From a bacterium (GTDB lineage: Bacteria > UBA8248), in NCBI GenBank assembly GCA_965202625.1, contig CBDBBI010000010.1, positions 1,760,001 through 1,824,000 on the forward strand: a stretch of DNA of 64,000 nucleotides, given 5' to 3'. The notes beneath the pieces are model-generated. The model was not told the DNA's origin. It was given only the letters and a program-made list of their open reading frames with translations, and did not search any database. The position numbers and the translations under genes were made by a program. Every line of letters begins with the position of its first letter. The stretch's first letter is position 1. This document shows, piece by piece, positions 28,668-39,075 of this stretch.

Positions 28668-29135
28668 ATGGACCGAAGATATTGGCTCATGAAGAGCGAG
28701 CAGGACGCGTATTCGTTCGACGACCTCATGGCGGAACCCGATAGGAGGGCCTGCTGGGACGGTATCAGAAACTATCAGGCAAGAAATTTCATGATGGAGA
28801 TGAAGATAGGCGACTTCGTTCTCTTTTATCACTCCAACGCGAAGCCGCCCCATGTGGCGGGCACCGCCCGGGTGGTGAGGGAATCGTATCCCGATCACAC
28901 CCAATACGATGAGAAGTCGAAATACTACGACCCCAAAGCCTCCTCCGGTTCCCCCCGTTGGCACATGGTGGACTTACAGGCGATGGAGAAACTCCCCCAC
29001 CTCGTTTCTCTGAGCGAGATGAGAGAGAACCCCCGTCTGGCGCAGATGCGCGTCACCCAGAAAGGGCAGCGCCTGAGCGTTCAGCCCGTGAGCAAAGAAG
29101 AGTTCGACGAGGTGCTGCGCATGGCGCGAGGCTGA
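28668..29135 (+). CDS. EVE domain protein
   Basis: YWLMKSE, WDGIRNYQARNFM, FYHSN, RLSVQPV. Confidence 0.93.
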   Translation: MDRRYWLMKSEQDAYSFDDLMAEPDRRACWDGIRNYQARNFMMEMKIGDFVLFYHSNAKPPHVAGTARVVRESYPDHTQYDEKSKYYDPKASSGSPRWHMVDLQAMEKLPHLVSLSEMRENPRLAQMRVTQKGQRLSVQPVSKEEFDEVLRMARG

Positions 29136-29171
29136 AGCTTGCGGCCGCGGCGCGGGAGAATTCGCCGCCGC

Positions 29172-30653
29172 CTAACTCGCCAAACGCTGTTGCTTCATCG
29201 CCTCGAAATCCGCCTCGAAGAAGAACGAATCCTCCCCGAACGCCGGCGTGAGTCCAGAGAGCCAAGTGGCGGTCTCGTTATGCTCGGCGAAGAAAACGCG
29301 GCCCATCCACTCGGGGTCCCTCGCTTGCAGGAAACGCAGGGCAAACACGCGTTCTCCGCGTATCTCCTCAACGCCCAAGACTTCTATCTTGCCGGGCGCC
29401 GAGCTCATCACAGGCCCCCGCGCGGTTCGGGACAGCCCCGACACCTGGGAGATGGCTTTTCGGTAAATGGCGTGGGCGCGCGTCAGCGGCAACTCGAAAT
29501 AGCGCTTCGCGCCCGTGTCCCTTTCCACGAACATGTAATACGGCACGAGACCCAAGCGCGTCTGTTCCTTCCACATGTTCGCCCACACGTCCGAATCGTC
29601 GTTAATGTGCTGAAGGAGGGGCGCCTGCGTTCTAATGATGGCGCCCGTCTCCCGCACCCTCCTGATCGCCTCACGCGCCATCGGGGTACTGAGTTCACGT
29701 CCATGATTGAAATGCGCCATGATGGCGACGTGCTTGCCCCCCTTCACCAATTTCTCGAAGAGGTGTAGGACATCGTCCGCGTCGACGTCCGACGTATAGC
29801 GATACGGCCAGAAGGTGAGCGTCTTGGTTCCGATGCGAATATCCCTGATGTGATCGAAACGCGAATCCTCGATCAGGGGCAACAAATAGCCCTCAAGCGC
29901 CTTCGTCTTCATGATCATAGGATCGCCGCCGGTGAGGAGGAGGTCCGTCACCTCGGTATGCTCGGCGAGATATCTGTGCAGGACTTCCGCATCCGTGGAG
30001 ATGAAGCGAAGCTCTTTGTCGCCAATGAACTGCGCCCACCTGAAGCAGAACGTGCAATAGGCGTGGCAAGTCTGTCCCTGTCCCGGAAAGAAAAGCACTG
30101 TTTCGTGGTATTTGTGCTGCATTCCCTCCAGGGATTCACCGTCGAGAACGGGCACGTTCAGTGCCTGCTGCCCACCGGGGTGCGGATTCAAACCCGCTCT
30201 GATCTCATGGATGACGGCTTGCAGCTCATTCTTGGACGCGTCTCGCCTCAACAAATTCGCCACGCGATCGAAGTCTTCCGTCGCCAGCATTCCCTTCTGG
30301 GGAAAGGAAAGCTGGAACAGGGGGTCCTCGGGCACGTTGCTCCAATCAATGAGATTCTCCACCATGTAGTGATTCGTGCGGAAGGGCAGTACGCTCCCCA
30401 CCACTTTTACGTTAAAACGAATCTCCTCAGGAAGGCTCTTCAGTTCAGGAACCTCATTGATATGATGAAGCACGATTGGTCGGTAGCGAGGTGGCTCTAG
30501 GGAAATAAGATTCTTGCCTCCCGTATGCCCCGTCCCGCCGTTTTGCGCACTGGACGCCTTTGGCTCACCTTGTTCGGGATTTTCCGGATAACTAGAAAGG
30601 TTCATGGCTTTCGCCTCCGATTTGAAAAGCGCTTTTGCACCTTGCGTCTCCAT
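29172..30653 (-). CDS. KamA-family radical SAM protein (aminomutase-like; start uncertain)
   Basis: CHAYCTFCFR CxxxCxxC motif, LLTGGDP, HFNH, PYYMF. Confidence 0.88.
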   Translation of the reverse strand: METQGAKALFKSEAKAMNLSSYPENPEQGEPKASSAQNGGTGHTGGKNLISLEPPRYRPIVLHHINEVPELKSLPEEIRFNVKVVGSVLPFRTNHYMVENLIDWSNVPEDPLFQLSFPQKGMLATEDFDRVANLLRRDASKNELQAVIHEIRAGLNPHPGGQQALNVPVLDGESLEGMQHKYHETVLFFPGQGQTCHAYCTFCFRWAQFIGDKELRFISTDAEVLHRYLAEHTEVTDLLLTGGDPMIMKTKALEGYLLPLIEDSRFDHIRDIRIGTKTLTFWPYRYTSDVDADDVLHLFEKLVKGGKHVAIMAHFNHGRELSTPMAREAIRRVRETGAIIRTQAPLLQHINDDSDVWANMWKEQTRLGLVPYYMFVERDTGAKRYFELPLTRAHAIYRKAISQVSGLSRTARGPVMSSAPGKIEVLGVEEIRGERVFALRFLQARDPEWMGRVFFAEHNETATWLSGLTPAFGEDSFFFEADFEAMKQQRLAS

Positions 30654-30863
30654 TCATCACTTCGTTTGCGCGGTCATGCGCGCGACGCCATGCGAAGCAC
30701 TCACCTCATGACATCAACCGCATATTACCTCAAGTGGCGAGATATTTGCTATACGTATCCGCCAAAAACAGACTGTCTCCGCCCCAAAAGCGAGATTCAG
30801 CAAAAAACCAAGGAAAAATTCGCGCGCATGCGGCGTCTGCTGGCCAAAAGGGGGGTACACCCC

Positions 30864-31610
30864 CTAGTGGGGCATGTGGGCGGGATTCCAGAACTCGCCC
30901 GTTCGAATCGTGTGGGCCTGCCGATCTCCGTGCGGATGCCATCCATCCTCGTTTCTACGGGCCTGCTCTTCAAAGTCATACTCGACCCGGTGAATTTCCC
31001 CCTCCCATTTCCCGTCTCCTTGATATTCGAGCAGGACGTATGCGGGACGATTATCGCCGTCCCAGTTCACCGCGGCGGACGCGGCGCACACGAGCGTCTG
31101 ATTTCCCACTTGCCGAATATACGGACCATGCACCTGCCCGAAAGCCACAACTTCGGATTTCTCTCCCGCTAGGCGTTCAATGATATCATCGTCGCTCAGC
31201 CGAAGCGGGAGCGCGCCTTCGTCATCGCCCGGCGCGCCATGGAAGACGCGAAGATCGTGGCCGGGCTCAGGCGTAATCGTCATCTCGCGAGGCAAGCCCC
31301 TGAGCCAACCGAGCTGCGCCTCGGTGAGATGCTCACGCGTCAGGCGTGTGCCCTCGTTCCTGCCGGGAAAGGGATTCTCCCCCTCATCGACACGATCGAT
31401 CACCCAGCGATCGAAATTTCCCAGGACGGGCAGGCAGCGCTCTCGGAAACGGAGGCGATCCACTACCTCGCCCGGCTCCGGCCCACCCATGACGTGATCC
31501 CCCGGAACAATCTCCCAGTCCACCCCATGCTTATCAATTTCCGCCAGAACCACGTCCAGCGGCGCGAGTTGGGCATGAATGTCAGAATAGAGTGCGAGTT
31601 TCATTTTCAA
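30864..31610 (-). CDS. Metallophosphoesterase family protein
   Basis: SDIHA, GD, GNxD, VFHG, RVEYD. Confidence 0.82.
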   Translation of the reverse strand: MKMKLALYSDIHAQLAPLDVVLAEIDKHGVDWEIVPGDHVMGGPEPGEVVDRLRFRERCLPVLGNFDRWVIDRVDEGENPFPGRNEGTRLTREHLTEAQLGWLRGLPREMTITPEPGHDLRVFHGAPGDDEGALPLRLSDDDIIERLAGEKSEVVAFGQVHGPYIRQVGNQTLVCAASAAVNWDGDNRPAYVLLEYQGDGKWEGEIHRVEYDFEEQARRNEDGWHPHGDRQAHTIRTGEFWNPAHMPH

Positions 31611-31638
31611 GTCCCCCTGATCAGTGGCAATGGAGCGT

Positions 31639-32997
31639 TCATGATTCGACGCGACGCGCGCGTCCGCTTAGCAAACCTCGCCCGGATTCTGCCAACGCTT
31701 CCATTTTTTCCTTCAGACGGGGATAGCGCAGCTTCCCGCTCTTCTTCACGATTTCTCCCGCCACGAAAACCGTGTCCACGTTGGCGAAAGACGCCTGAAA
31801 AACGATCGTCCCGAGCGGGTCGTTCACGGGAAAGAGGTTCAGGTCGTCCTTTCTAAGCAAAACAACATCCGCCTGCTTGCCCGGTTCCAACGTCCCCGCC
31901 TTACGCCCAAGTCCCAGGGCGTTGGCCCCGTCTATGGTCGCCCACTCCAGGGCGCACCTCGCCGGTATGGCGATTCGCGTCGGCGAGACCTTTTCGTCGA
32001 GCAGTTTCTGATTACTCTGCGCGCGCGCGAACTGAAGCCCCACCCGCATCACCGTGAAGATGTCACCGCTGACATTCGATTCCACGTCAACCCCCAGGGT
32101 CGGCTTGCCGCCCAGCTCCAGCACGCGCCGGATGACGGGTTCGCCATGGCCCATCTGCATCTCCACCTCGGGACAGGAGGTGACCGAACAACCCGAGTCA
32201 ACGAGGATTCTCAATTCCTCTTCGCTCAACTGATTTGCGTGCACGGCGTTGAAATCAGGCCCCAAAAGCCCCATGCGCGCCAATTGTTTGATTCCATCTG
32301 GCGCTTCTCGGTGAAAACCGCCGCCGACGTGGGCACTCCACAGCAAATCGTACTCCTGCGCCAGGAGAACATCCCGCACGCAAATATCGAGCGTGGACAG
32401 ATCGGGCCCTCTCGTCGCCAGCGCCAGAGTGATGCGGCTACCGTCTGAAGCGAATCGCCCCGTCCGCAAACGCTTCACCTCTTCGGGGGGATGCGGCCTG
32501 TGGCTGAGCGGCAACTCGCCCTCTGCAATCCTGGGCTTGGGTGTTCCATGTCCAAAAACAGCGCGGATGCCGGCCTCCGCCAAGCCGTCGAGCCCCGCGT
32601 CAGTGTGCTCGGGCGTGGGGTTGTTGTGGCACCAGTCGAAGATCGTCGTCACTCCGTTGTTGATCTGGTTCAGCGCGCCCACCAGGTTCGCCAGATAGAC
32701 GTCCTCCGGACGAAACCCGGGGCCAACCCCCTGGTGGACGTTCTGAAAATATTCGGCCAGGGACCAATCTCCCGCAATTCCGCGTATTCCCGTCTGCCAG
32801 ACGTGCTGATGGGCGTTCACGAGCCCCGGCAGAATGACGAAATCGCTCGCATCGACCCTCTCGGCACCCGGCGCGTGGAGGCGATGGCCGACCGCCTTGA
32901 TCTCATCGCCCTCAATGAGCAAGTCACCATCTTCGATATCCCCGAGCGTGGTGTCCAGCGTGAGGAGACTCCCTCCTCGCAGAAGTGTCCCACCCAT
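31639..32997 (-). CDS. Amidohydrolase (deaminase/chlorohydrolase-like)
   Basis: PGLVNAHQH, ATIDGANALG, GTLEPGKQADVV. Confidence 0.9.
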   Translation of the reverse strand: MGGTLLRGGSLLTLDTTLGDIEDGDLLIEGDEIKAVGHRLHAPGAERVDASDFVILPGLVNAHQHVWQTGIRGIAGDWSLAEYFQNVHQGVGPGFRPEDVYLANLVGALNQINNGVTTIFDWCHNNPTPEHTDAGLDGLAEAGIRAVFGHGTPKPRIAEGELPLSHRPHPPEEVKRLRTGRFASDGSRITLALATRGPDLSTLDICVRDVLLAQEYDLLWSAHVGGGFHREAPDGIKQLARMGLLGPDFNAVHANQLSEEELRILVDSGCSVTSCPEVEMQMGHGEPVIRRVLELGGKPTLGVDVESNVSGDIFTVMRVGLQFARAQSNQKLLDEKVSPTRIAIPARCALEWATIDGANALGLGRKAGTLEPGKQADVVLLRKDDLNLFPVNDPLGTIVFQASFANVDTVFVAGEIVKKSGKLRYPRLKEKMEALAESGRGLLSGRARRVES

Positions 32998-32998
32998 T

Positions 32999-34108
32999 TT
33001 ATAAAGCCCCCCCCACCGGCGGGGCGAACGCCCTGAGCGCCTCCTCCTCCCATTCCAGTCCGAGTCCCAGTTTCTCCGAAAGAACCAATTTCCCCTCCCT
33101 GAACTCCATCGGCTCCTTGAGAATGCACTCCCACCAGGGCATGTGTTCGCACCAGACGCCGTGCGCCTCCGCGCTCATGAGATGCGCCGACACCTCGTGA
33201 AACAGATGCGGCGTCACCGGCTTGCCAAAATCCCTTGCTAGCGACGCTGCGCGACGCCAGCCGGTGACGCCGGAGCAACGTTCGAGGTCCGGCATCAGGA
33301 CATCGGCCGCCCCCGCTAGGAGCAAGTGATGCATTCCGCGGGGGTTGTAGTTCGTCTCTCCAGTGCAAATCGGTATGTTGCTGACCTGAACCACCTCCGC
33401 ACATCCGCTGACATTCTCGTAATCAACCGGCTCCTCTACCCAGCATAGATCAAAGGGCTCGAACATCCTGCACGCTTTTTTCGCGGTTTCGACGTCCCAC
33501 GCCTGATTGGCGTCCACCATGAGCGCGACTTCGCCGCCTATCGCCTCGCGTACCGCCCGAATACGCTCCACGTCCTCCTCCACGCTCCGCCCCACGCGAA
33601 GCTTCATCGCCTTGAAGCCACGCGCTTTGAACGAGGCGGCCTCCTTTTCGAGTTCAGGGATCGTCAGATTGAGCCAAAGTCCCTCGCTGGCGTAGCAAGC
33701 AATCTCCCGCCTCTCTCCGCCAATGAATTTCCAGAGCGGCTGGCCCGCCGCCTGAGCTGCCAGGTCCCAGCAAGCGGTGTCCAAGGCGGACATCGCCATG
33801 GCACTGATGCCGTCCCGACCGACGAAACTCGCCGCCTTGCGCATCGCCTCCCAGTTGGCAGTCGTATCGGCCGGGTTCTTTCCCAACAACGTGGAGAACA
33901 AATCACGCATCATCGCCAGCATCGCGCGCACACGCTCGGGACCAAAAGCGAAACACCAGCCGTGGCCTTTCAGTCCCTCCTTCGTGCGAAGGGTGACACA
34001 GCAGGTATCGACCGCGCGCACCTCGAAAGTGGCCACCTTAAGCGGTCGGGGCAGGGGCACGCACACATGGGCTGGAGTCATGCTGACGATGGTTAGAGAG
34101 GATGGCAA
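32999..34108 (-). CDS. Mandelate racemase/muconate lactonizing enzyme family
   Basis: ALDTACWDL, MVDANQ, WVEEP, TGET metal ligands. Confidence 0.9.
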   Translation of the reverse strand: MPSSLTIVSMTPAHVCVPLPRPLKVATFEVRAVDTCCVTLRTKEGLKGHGWCFAFGPERVRAMLAMMRDLFSTLLGKNPADTTANWEAMRKAASFVGRDGISAMAMSALDTACWDLAAQAAGQPLWKFIGGERREIACYASEGLWLNLTIPELEKEAASFKARGFKAMKLRVGRSVEEDVERIRAVREAIGGEVALMVDANQAWDVETAKKACRMFEPFDLCWVEEPVDYENVSGCAEVVQVSNIPICTGETNYNPRGMHHLLLAGAADVLMPDLERCSGVTGWRRAASLARDFGKPVTPHLFHEVSAHLMSAEAHGVWCEHMPWWECILKEPMEFREGKLVLSEKLGLGLEWEEEALRAFAPPVGGAL

Positions 34109-34252
34109 AATGGGGTTCCTTTCAAGACGGACGAGAGTATTGCGCGACCCTGTATGCTCTTTCGAGCGACAGGTTATCCTGTTCCGCCGTGAATGGCTAT
34201 AATTTCATGAATAATATTTTCCAAAACGTCGTGCAGGGGAGCGAAACCGTCC

Positions 34253-35074
34253 ATGTCCGTCATAAGGCTTCAGAAAATCATCGCTCAGGCAGGTCTCACC
34301 TCGCGCCGGAAGGCGGAGCGCCTGATCGCCGAGGGCCGCGTCAAGGTAAACGGAGAGCGCATCACCACCCCCGGCACCACGGCGGACCCGCTCCGGGATG
34401 CGATCAAGGTGGACGGAAGGCGCATCAGGAGAAAGGAGCTGCGCGTCTATCTGGTGCTGAACAAGCCCAAACACGTCCTCACCACCATGCGGGACGAGGA
34501 AGGCAGGGACAGACCCACCGTAGCGGATTTGCTCCCCAAGGGCTTGCGGCGCGTGTTTCCAGTCGGCAGGCTCGATTTTGATGTCGAAGGGGTGTTGCTA
34601 CTCACCAACGACGGCGAAATGGCACACCGCCTCGCCCATCCCAGATACGGGATACCGCGCGTCTATGAGGCGAAAGTGAAGGGCATCCCCTCTGCAGACG
34701 CGCTCGCTCGGATGTCTGAGGGCGCATGGACACGAGGGCGGCATAGAAAACCCCAAGCGGCCCACGTGCGGAGCATAGAAGGAAAAATAGATAAAAACGC
34801 ATGGCTCAGAATCGAGCTCCGAGAAGGGAAACAACACCAAGTCAAAAAGATGTGCGAAGCTGTGGGGCATCCCGTCATCCGTCTGATCCGGCGCGCATAT
34901 GGGGGAATCACCGCTCGGGGCCTGCCCGCCGCCCAAGTCAGAACCCTCACCCCTGATGAAGTGGAAAAGCTGAAACAGATGGCGAAAATCCGCACCGACA
35001 CGGCGAGGCGCCCAAAACCCAAAACAGGCTGGGCGAAGGCCAGAGCGAACCGGAAGCACACGCTCCACAAGTGA
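34253..35074 (+). CDS. rluB: 23S rRNA pseudouridine synthase B family
   Basis: S4 domain RLQKIIAQAG..SRRKAE, LNKP, VGRLD. Confidence 0.88.
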   Translation: MSVIRLQKIIAQAGLTSRRKAERLIAEGRVKVNGERITTPGTTADPLRDAIKVDGRRIRRKELRVYLVLNKPKHVLTTMRDEEGRDRPTVADLLPKGLRRVFPVGRLDFDVEGVLLLTNDGEMAHRLAHPRYGIPRVYEAKVKGIPSADALARMSEGAWTRGRHRKPQAAHVRSIEGKIDKNAWLRIELREGKQHQVKKMCEAVGHPVIRLIRRAYGGITARGLPAAQVRTLTPDEVEKLKQMAKIRTDTARRPKPKTGWAKARANRKHTLHK

Positions 35075-35374
35075 TAGAAGAATCAGAAGACGTGAAGACG
35101 CGGCAAATCGAGGACGCCCAAAAATTTCCCCTCCCCTCCTCACACTTTAGCTCTACCTTGCGCTCCTGCCCCAGGGGGTTAAGCGCGTATGGGATAGAAG
35201 AGGCGCGCAGGATAAAACCCCTCTGTCGTCTTGAAAATTTCACCGATGGAGCGAGGGGCGGAAAAATCGCTGCGCTCACAAGACGCGCGCCTGAACGAAC
35301 CCAAGAAACGATTGCGCCTCCTATGTTATAATGTGAAATTATACGCAGAGAAAAACGCAAGGGCGATTTCAAGG

Positions 35375-35980
35375 ATGAGCACATCGGCTTCCAACAGGTT
35401 GACGCTGGCGACCAAGATCACCCTGGTGCGGGTGCTCCTGATCCCCATTTTCATGACCTGCCTCGCCTACAAAAGGGCGGGAATCGCACTAGTCGTTTTC
35501 GTCATCGCGGGCGTGGCGGACGGGGTTGACGGCCACCTCGCGCGCTCGCGCGGGGAGATGACCTCCTTGGGCGCTATGCTAGACCCCATCGCGGACAAGC
35601 TACTCATGTTCACCGCGTACATGATGATGGGAATCGCGGGACAGATTCCGCTCTGGCTGGCCATCGTCGTGGTGAGCCGGGACTTGTTACTCTGCATCGG
35701 TTGCGTGGCGTTGTTCATGACGGTGGGCTTTCAGACACCATCGCCTTCTCTGCTAGGGAAAGCCACCACCACCACCCAGATGTTCGCCGCGGGCGCCGCC
35801 CTTTTGACGGCAGCACTGGGCGAAAGCGCGAATGCGGTGACAGTCGCCTTGTTCCTCGTCACCAGCGCGCTGACGGTCGCCTCGGGAGTGCATTATCTTT
35901 TTTTTGTCGGGACCCGAATGATCTACCAAAAACCAGCCGGCGGCCAGACGGAGAAATCAACCCCCACGTCCCAAACATGA
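35375..35980 (+). CDS. CDP-alcohol phosphatidyltransferase (PgsA-like)
   Basis: DGVDGHLAR..GAMLDPIADK. Confidence 0.92.
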   Translation: MSTSASNRLTLATKITLVRVLLIPIFMTCLAYKRAGIALVVFVIAGVADGVDGHLARSRGEMTSLGAMLDPIADKLLMFTAYMMMGIAGQIPLWLAIVVVSRDLLLCIGCVALFMTVGFQTPSPSLLGKATTTTQMFAAGAALLTAALGESANAVTVALFLVTSALTVASGVHYLFFVGTRMIYQKPAGGQTEKSTPTSQT

Positions 35981-35995
35981 CGCAGGTCGGAGAAC

Positions 35996-37054
35996 ATGGA
36001 CAACTCATCTCAAATTCTCACGTGGAAGCGCATTTGGCTCATTCTCATCCTCATCTCCGCCATCTGGCTCCTGGTGAGCGCGCGAGCGGCACTCGTTCCG
36101 CTGGCAGTCTCCTTCATCCTCGCCTATCTGCTCCAGCCACTGGCAGACGCGTTGGAAAGCTGGAAAATACCTCGGCCTCTCGCCATCCTGCTCATCCTGC
36201 TGGGGGTGGGACTGCTTTTACTCGTCTTGTGGGCGAGCATCGCGCCCGTGGTTCAGAAGCAGATAGCAGCGTTCGCCAAAAAACTCCCCGCCTACATCAC
36301 CGTCGTCGAATCGTGGCTCATCGCCGCGCTCGAGAAGTTTCCATTTCCTCAAAGGGCGGAGCTGACGAAATACTTCACCGAAAACCTCTCCCTACTAGCG
36401 CAAATACCGCTATCAGCACTCAGAGCGAGCGGATCACTTTTGCTGAAAACCACCACCGGCCTCTTCTCCATCGCCCTCGGCATGATCTACCTCGTCCTCA
36501 TCCCCGTTATGACGTTCTATATCCTGAGGGACAAGAACCAGATATCAGAGGCGTTTTTCACCTACGTTCACCGCGATTATCGAGAGGAGGTAGAGAAGAG
36601 AATTTTCCGGCTCGACGAGCTTCTCGGCTCATTCATCAAGGGTCAGCTGCTGATCGCCCTCATCCTCTCGGTCTTCTACGTCCTGGGCTTTTTCATCGTG
36701 GACACGCCCCTTTGGCTGGTGCTGGGGATATTCGCGGGCCTGGCCAGCATATTCCCATACGTAGAATGGCTGGTGGCCCTGCCGATCGTCCTGCTGCTCT
36801 CGGGGATCGCGCATCAGGACTGGCTCCACCCGATGGCAACGCTGGCCGTGTTCGGAACGATCTCGCCCCTCGCGAGCGTTTTGCTCGTACCTCGGGTGTT
36901 GGGCAATCGCGTGGGGCTTCATCCCGTAGTGGTGCTCGCATCCATCATGATAGGGGGGGAACTCATGGGGTTCGCGGGAATCCTCCTTGCCGTGCCGCTC
37001 GCCGCGACCATTAAAGTGGGGCTGGAGGCCATGCACGACTACTATCTGAGATAA
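35996..37054 (+). CDS. AI-2E family transporter
   Basis: LAYLLQP, FIKGQL, PRVLGNRVGLHP, GILLAVP. Confidence 0.92.
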   Translation: MDNSSQILTWKRIWLILILISAIWLLVSARAALVPLAVSFILAYLLQPLADALESWKIPRPLAILLILLGVGLLLLVLWASIAPVVQKQIAAFAKKLPAYITVVESWLIAALEKFPFPQRAELTKYFTENLSLLAQIPLSALRASGSLLLKTTTGLFSIALGMIYLVLIPVMTFYILRDKNQISEAFFTYVHRDYREEVEKRIFRLDELLGSFIKGQLLIALILSVFYVLGFFIVDTPLWLVLGIFAGLASIFPYVEWLVALPIVLLLSGIAHQDWLHPMATLAVFGTISPLASVLLVPRVLGNRVGLHPVVVLASIMIGGELMGFAGILLAVPLAATIKVGLEAMHDYYLR

Positions 37055-37446
37055 TTTCTAGCCGACTCTCCCGATGGATGCCCCTGCCGCCATCACGCTT
37101 GATGACCTGCTTTGAGCGACTTATTTCAACACACTTTTACGGCCGTTTTCCAAATCGTTTACACCCTGGAAAACGGCTAGGTTCCTTTCGACATACCCGC
37201 GCAGGCTATTGGGTCCCGGCGCGTCCTCAATAGCGAGCCCAAAAAAGTATGTCGCTGCTCACAACAAACCTCGCCCGCCTCCCTGAAAATATACTCCCCT
37301 TCATGCCACCCATATCGCCAGAGCAATTCACAAGTCGTCGCGCTCCGCCAAGGCGCTTCTCAAGCGCGGGAAGAGAGGAGTAGGAACCGCTTCACATCAT
37401 TGAGGCGCGTCATGAATAGAACCTCGCCGCCTAGAGCGATGCGGAC

Positions 37447-37992
37447 CTAAACGCGGGTTTGTTCCTCAAGCGGGGGCACTTCTATGTCTCTGTCCACCGC
37501 GCGCGCCATTAAGAAGAGAAGGTCGGAGATGCGGTTGAGATAAATCAGGAGTTCAGGGTTGTCGATGTAACCCTCATCGCGCAGCCACACCGTCCACCTC
37601 TCGCCCCGGCGGATGATGGTGAGTGCCATGTCCAATGCGGCGCCGCAGGGCGAATCCCCCGAGATCACCCAATCGGTTATTCGAATCCGCTTCTCATAAC
37701 GCGCCACCTGCGCGTCGGCCCACGCGACTTCAGATGCACCCACGCGTTCTTTGAGTCTGCCGGCCTTGCTCCTCAGCGTCGCCAAGTCGCTACTCACGAG
37801 GTAGAGGTCTTTCTGAATTTTCAGAATTTCAGACTTCAGCCATTCAGGCGCCATCGAGCGGGCAAGGCCGAGGGCCGCCTTCGCTTCATCCAGTGCACCA
37901 TACGCCCGCACCTGGGGGTGATGCTTGGACACTCTGTCCGCGAACCACAAATCGGTGTTCCCGTCGTCTCCCCTGCGCGTGACGATGGACAT
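37447..37992 (-). CDS. pduO: Cob(I)alamin adenosyltransferase, PduO type
   Basis: TRRGDDGNT, RVSK, AYGALDE, YLNRISDLLFLMAR. Confidence 0.9.
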   Translation of the reverse strand: MSIVTRRGDDGNTDLWFADRVSKHHPQVRAYGALDEAKAALGLARSMAPEWLKSEILKIQKDLYLVSSDLATLRSKAGRLKERVGASEVAWADAQVARYEKRIRITDWVISGDSPCGAALDMALTIIRRGERWTVWLRDEGYIDNPELLIYLNRISDLLFLMARAVDRDIEVPPLEEQTRV

Positions 37993-38010
37993 CGAACGCC
38001 CCCCCCTCCC

Positions 38011-39075
38011 CTAAAGTCTCTTGATCACGTCGGCACCCACGGATTTCGTGGTCCCACTCCCCCCCAAGTCCGCCGTCCGGTTTCCCTTCGCCAGATGTGC
38101 GCGAATCGCGCGGTCGAGCCGCTTCGCCGCCGCTTCCTCACCCAGATAGTCGAGCATCAAGGAGGCGGAGAACAGCGCGGCCACCGGGTTGGCGATTCCC
38201 TTCCCCATGATGTCCGGCGCAGAGCCGTGCACCGGCTCGAACAGGCCGGGCGCATCACCTTTCGGGTTCGTGTTCGCACTCGCGGCGACCCCTAGTCCGC
38301 CAACGATGGCGGCACCCAAATCCGTAAGGATGTCACCAAACAAATTCGTGGACACCACGACGTCGAAACAATCGGGGCACCTCACGAACTCTAAGGCGGC
38401 CGCGTCGACGAGATATTTCGCCGTGCCAATGCTCTTGTAGCGGGACCTTGAGGCCACCTCCTCAAAAACCTCATCCCACATCACTAGGGTATGGCCCTGC
38501 GAGTTTGATTTCGTGACGTTGGTCACATGCTTTTTTCGCTTGAGCGCCGCCTCGAATGCTGCTTCGATAATCCGTTCGCAGCCCGCGCGCGTGAAAAGCG
38601 TGATCTGGGCGGCCAGCTCCGCCGGGTGTCCCTCGTAGTGGCGCCCGCCGATGGGGCTGTACTCCCCCTCGGTGTTCTCCCGAAAGAAGAGCATATCAAT
38701 GTCTCCCGGAGCATAGTCCCGAAGCGGCGATTCGAGTCCCTCATACAGAACAATGGGACGCATGTTGACATATAGGTCAAAACGCCGGCGCAGAGGGAGC
38801 AGAAGCTGATGGAGCGTAATATGGTCGGGAATGTCGGGTCTACCCACGGCGCCGAGTAGAATCGCATCGTGCCTTCTCGCACGGTTCAGGAAATTCTCCG
38901 GGCACATCCGGCCCGTCTCGTGATAAAAATCGCTCCCCCATGGATATTTGGTGAAGGAAAAATCTAAGCCGCGCTGCATTTTCGCCAGCGCCCTTAGGGC
39001 GCGCACCGCCTGGGCAAGCACCTCGGGGCCGATGCCATCCGCGGGGATCAACCCAATACTGTGCTTCGCCATCAT
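38011..39075 (-). CDS. Tartrate/isopropylmalate dehydrogenase family
   Basis: DGIGPEV, RENTEGEY, NLFGDILTDL, FEPVHGSAPDI. Confidence 0.9.
   Translation of the reverse strand: MMAKHSIGLIPADGIGPEVLAQAVRALRALAKMQRGLDFSFTKYPWGSDFYHETGRMCPENFLNRARRHDAILLGAVGRPDIPDHITLHQLLLPLRRRFDLYVNMRPIVLYEGLESPLRDYAPGDIDMLFFRENTEGEYSPIGGRHYEGHPAELAAQITLFTRAGCERIIEAAFEAALKRKKHVTNVTKSNSQGHTLVMWDEVFEEVASRSRYKSIGTAKYLVDAAALEFVRCPDCFDVVVSTNLFGDILTDLGAAIVGGLGVAASANTNPKGDAPGLFEPVHGSAPDIMGKGIANPVAALFSASLMLDYLGEEAAAKRLDRAIRAHLAKGNRTADLGGSGTTKSVGADVIKRL

Noticed and set aside
35190-35295. GAAGAGGCGCG start resembling a lysine riboswitch, with AGGCGCGC/GCGCGCCT pairing
   Set aside because: Other conserved lysine riboswitch elements are absent, the downstream gene is a lipid enzyme, and such pairing is expected by chance at this GC content
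37055-37446. Cobalamin riboswitch next to pduO
   Set aside because: Region is downstream of pduO and lacks B12-box motifs; kept only as an unidentified structured region
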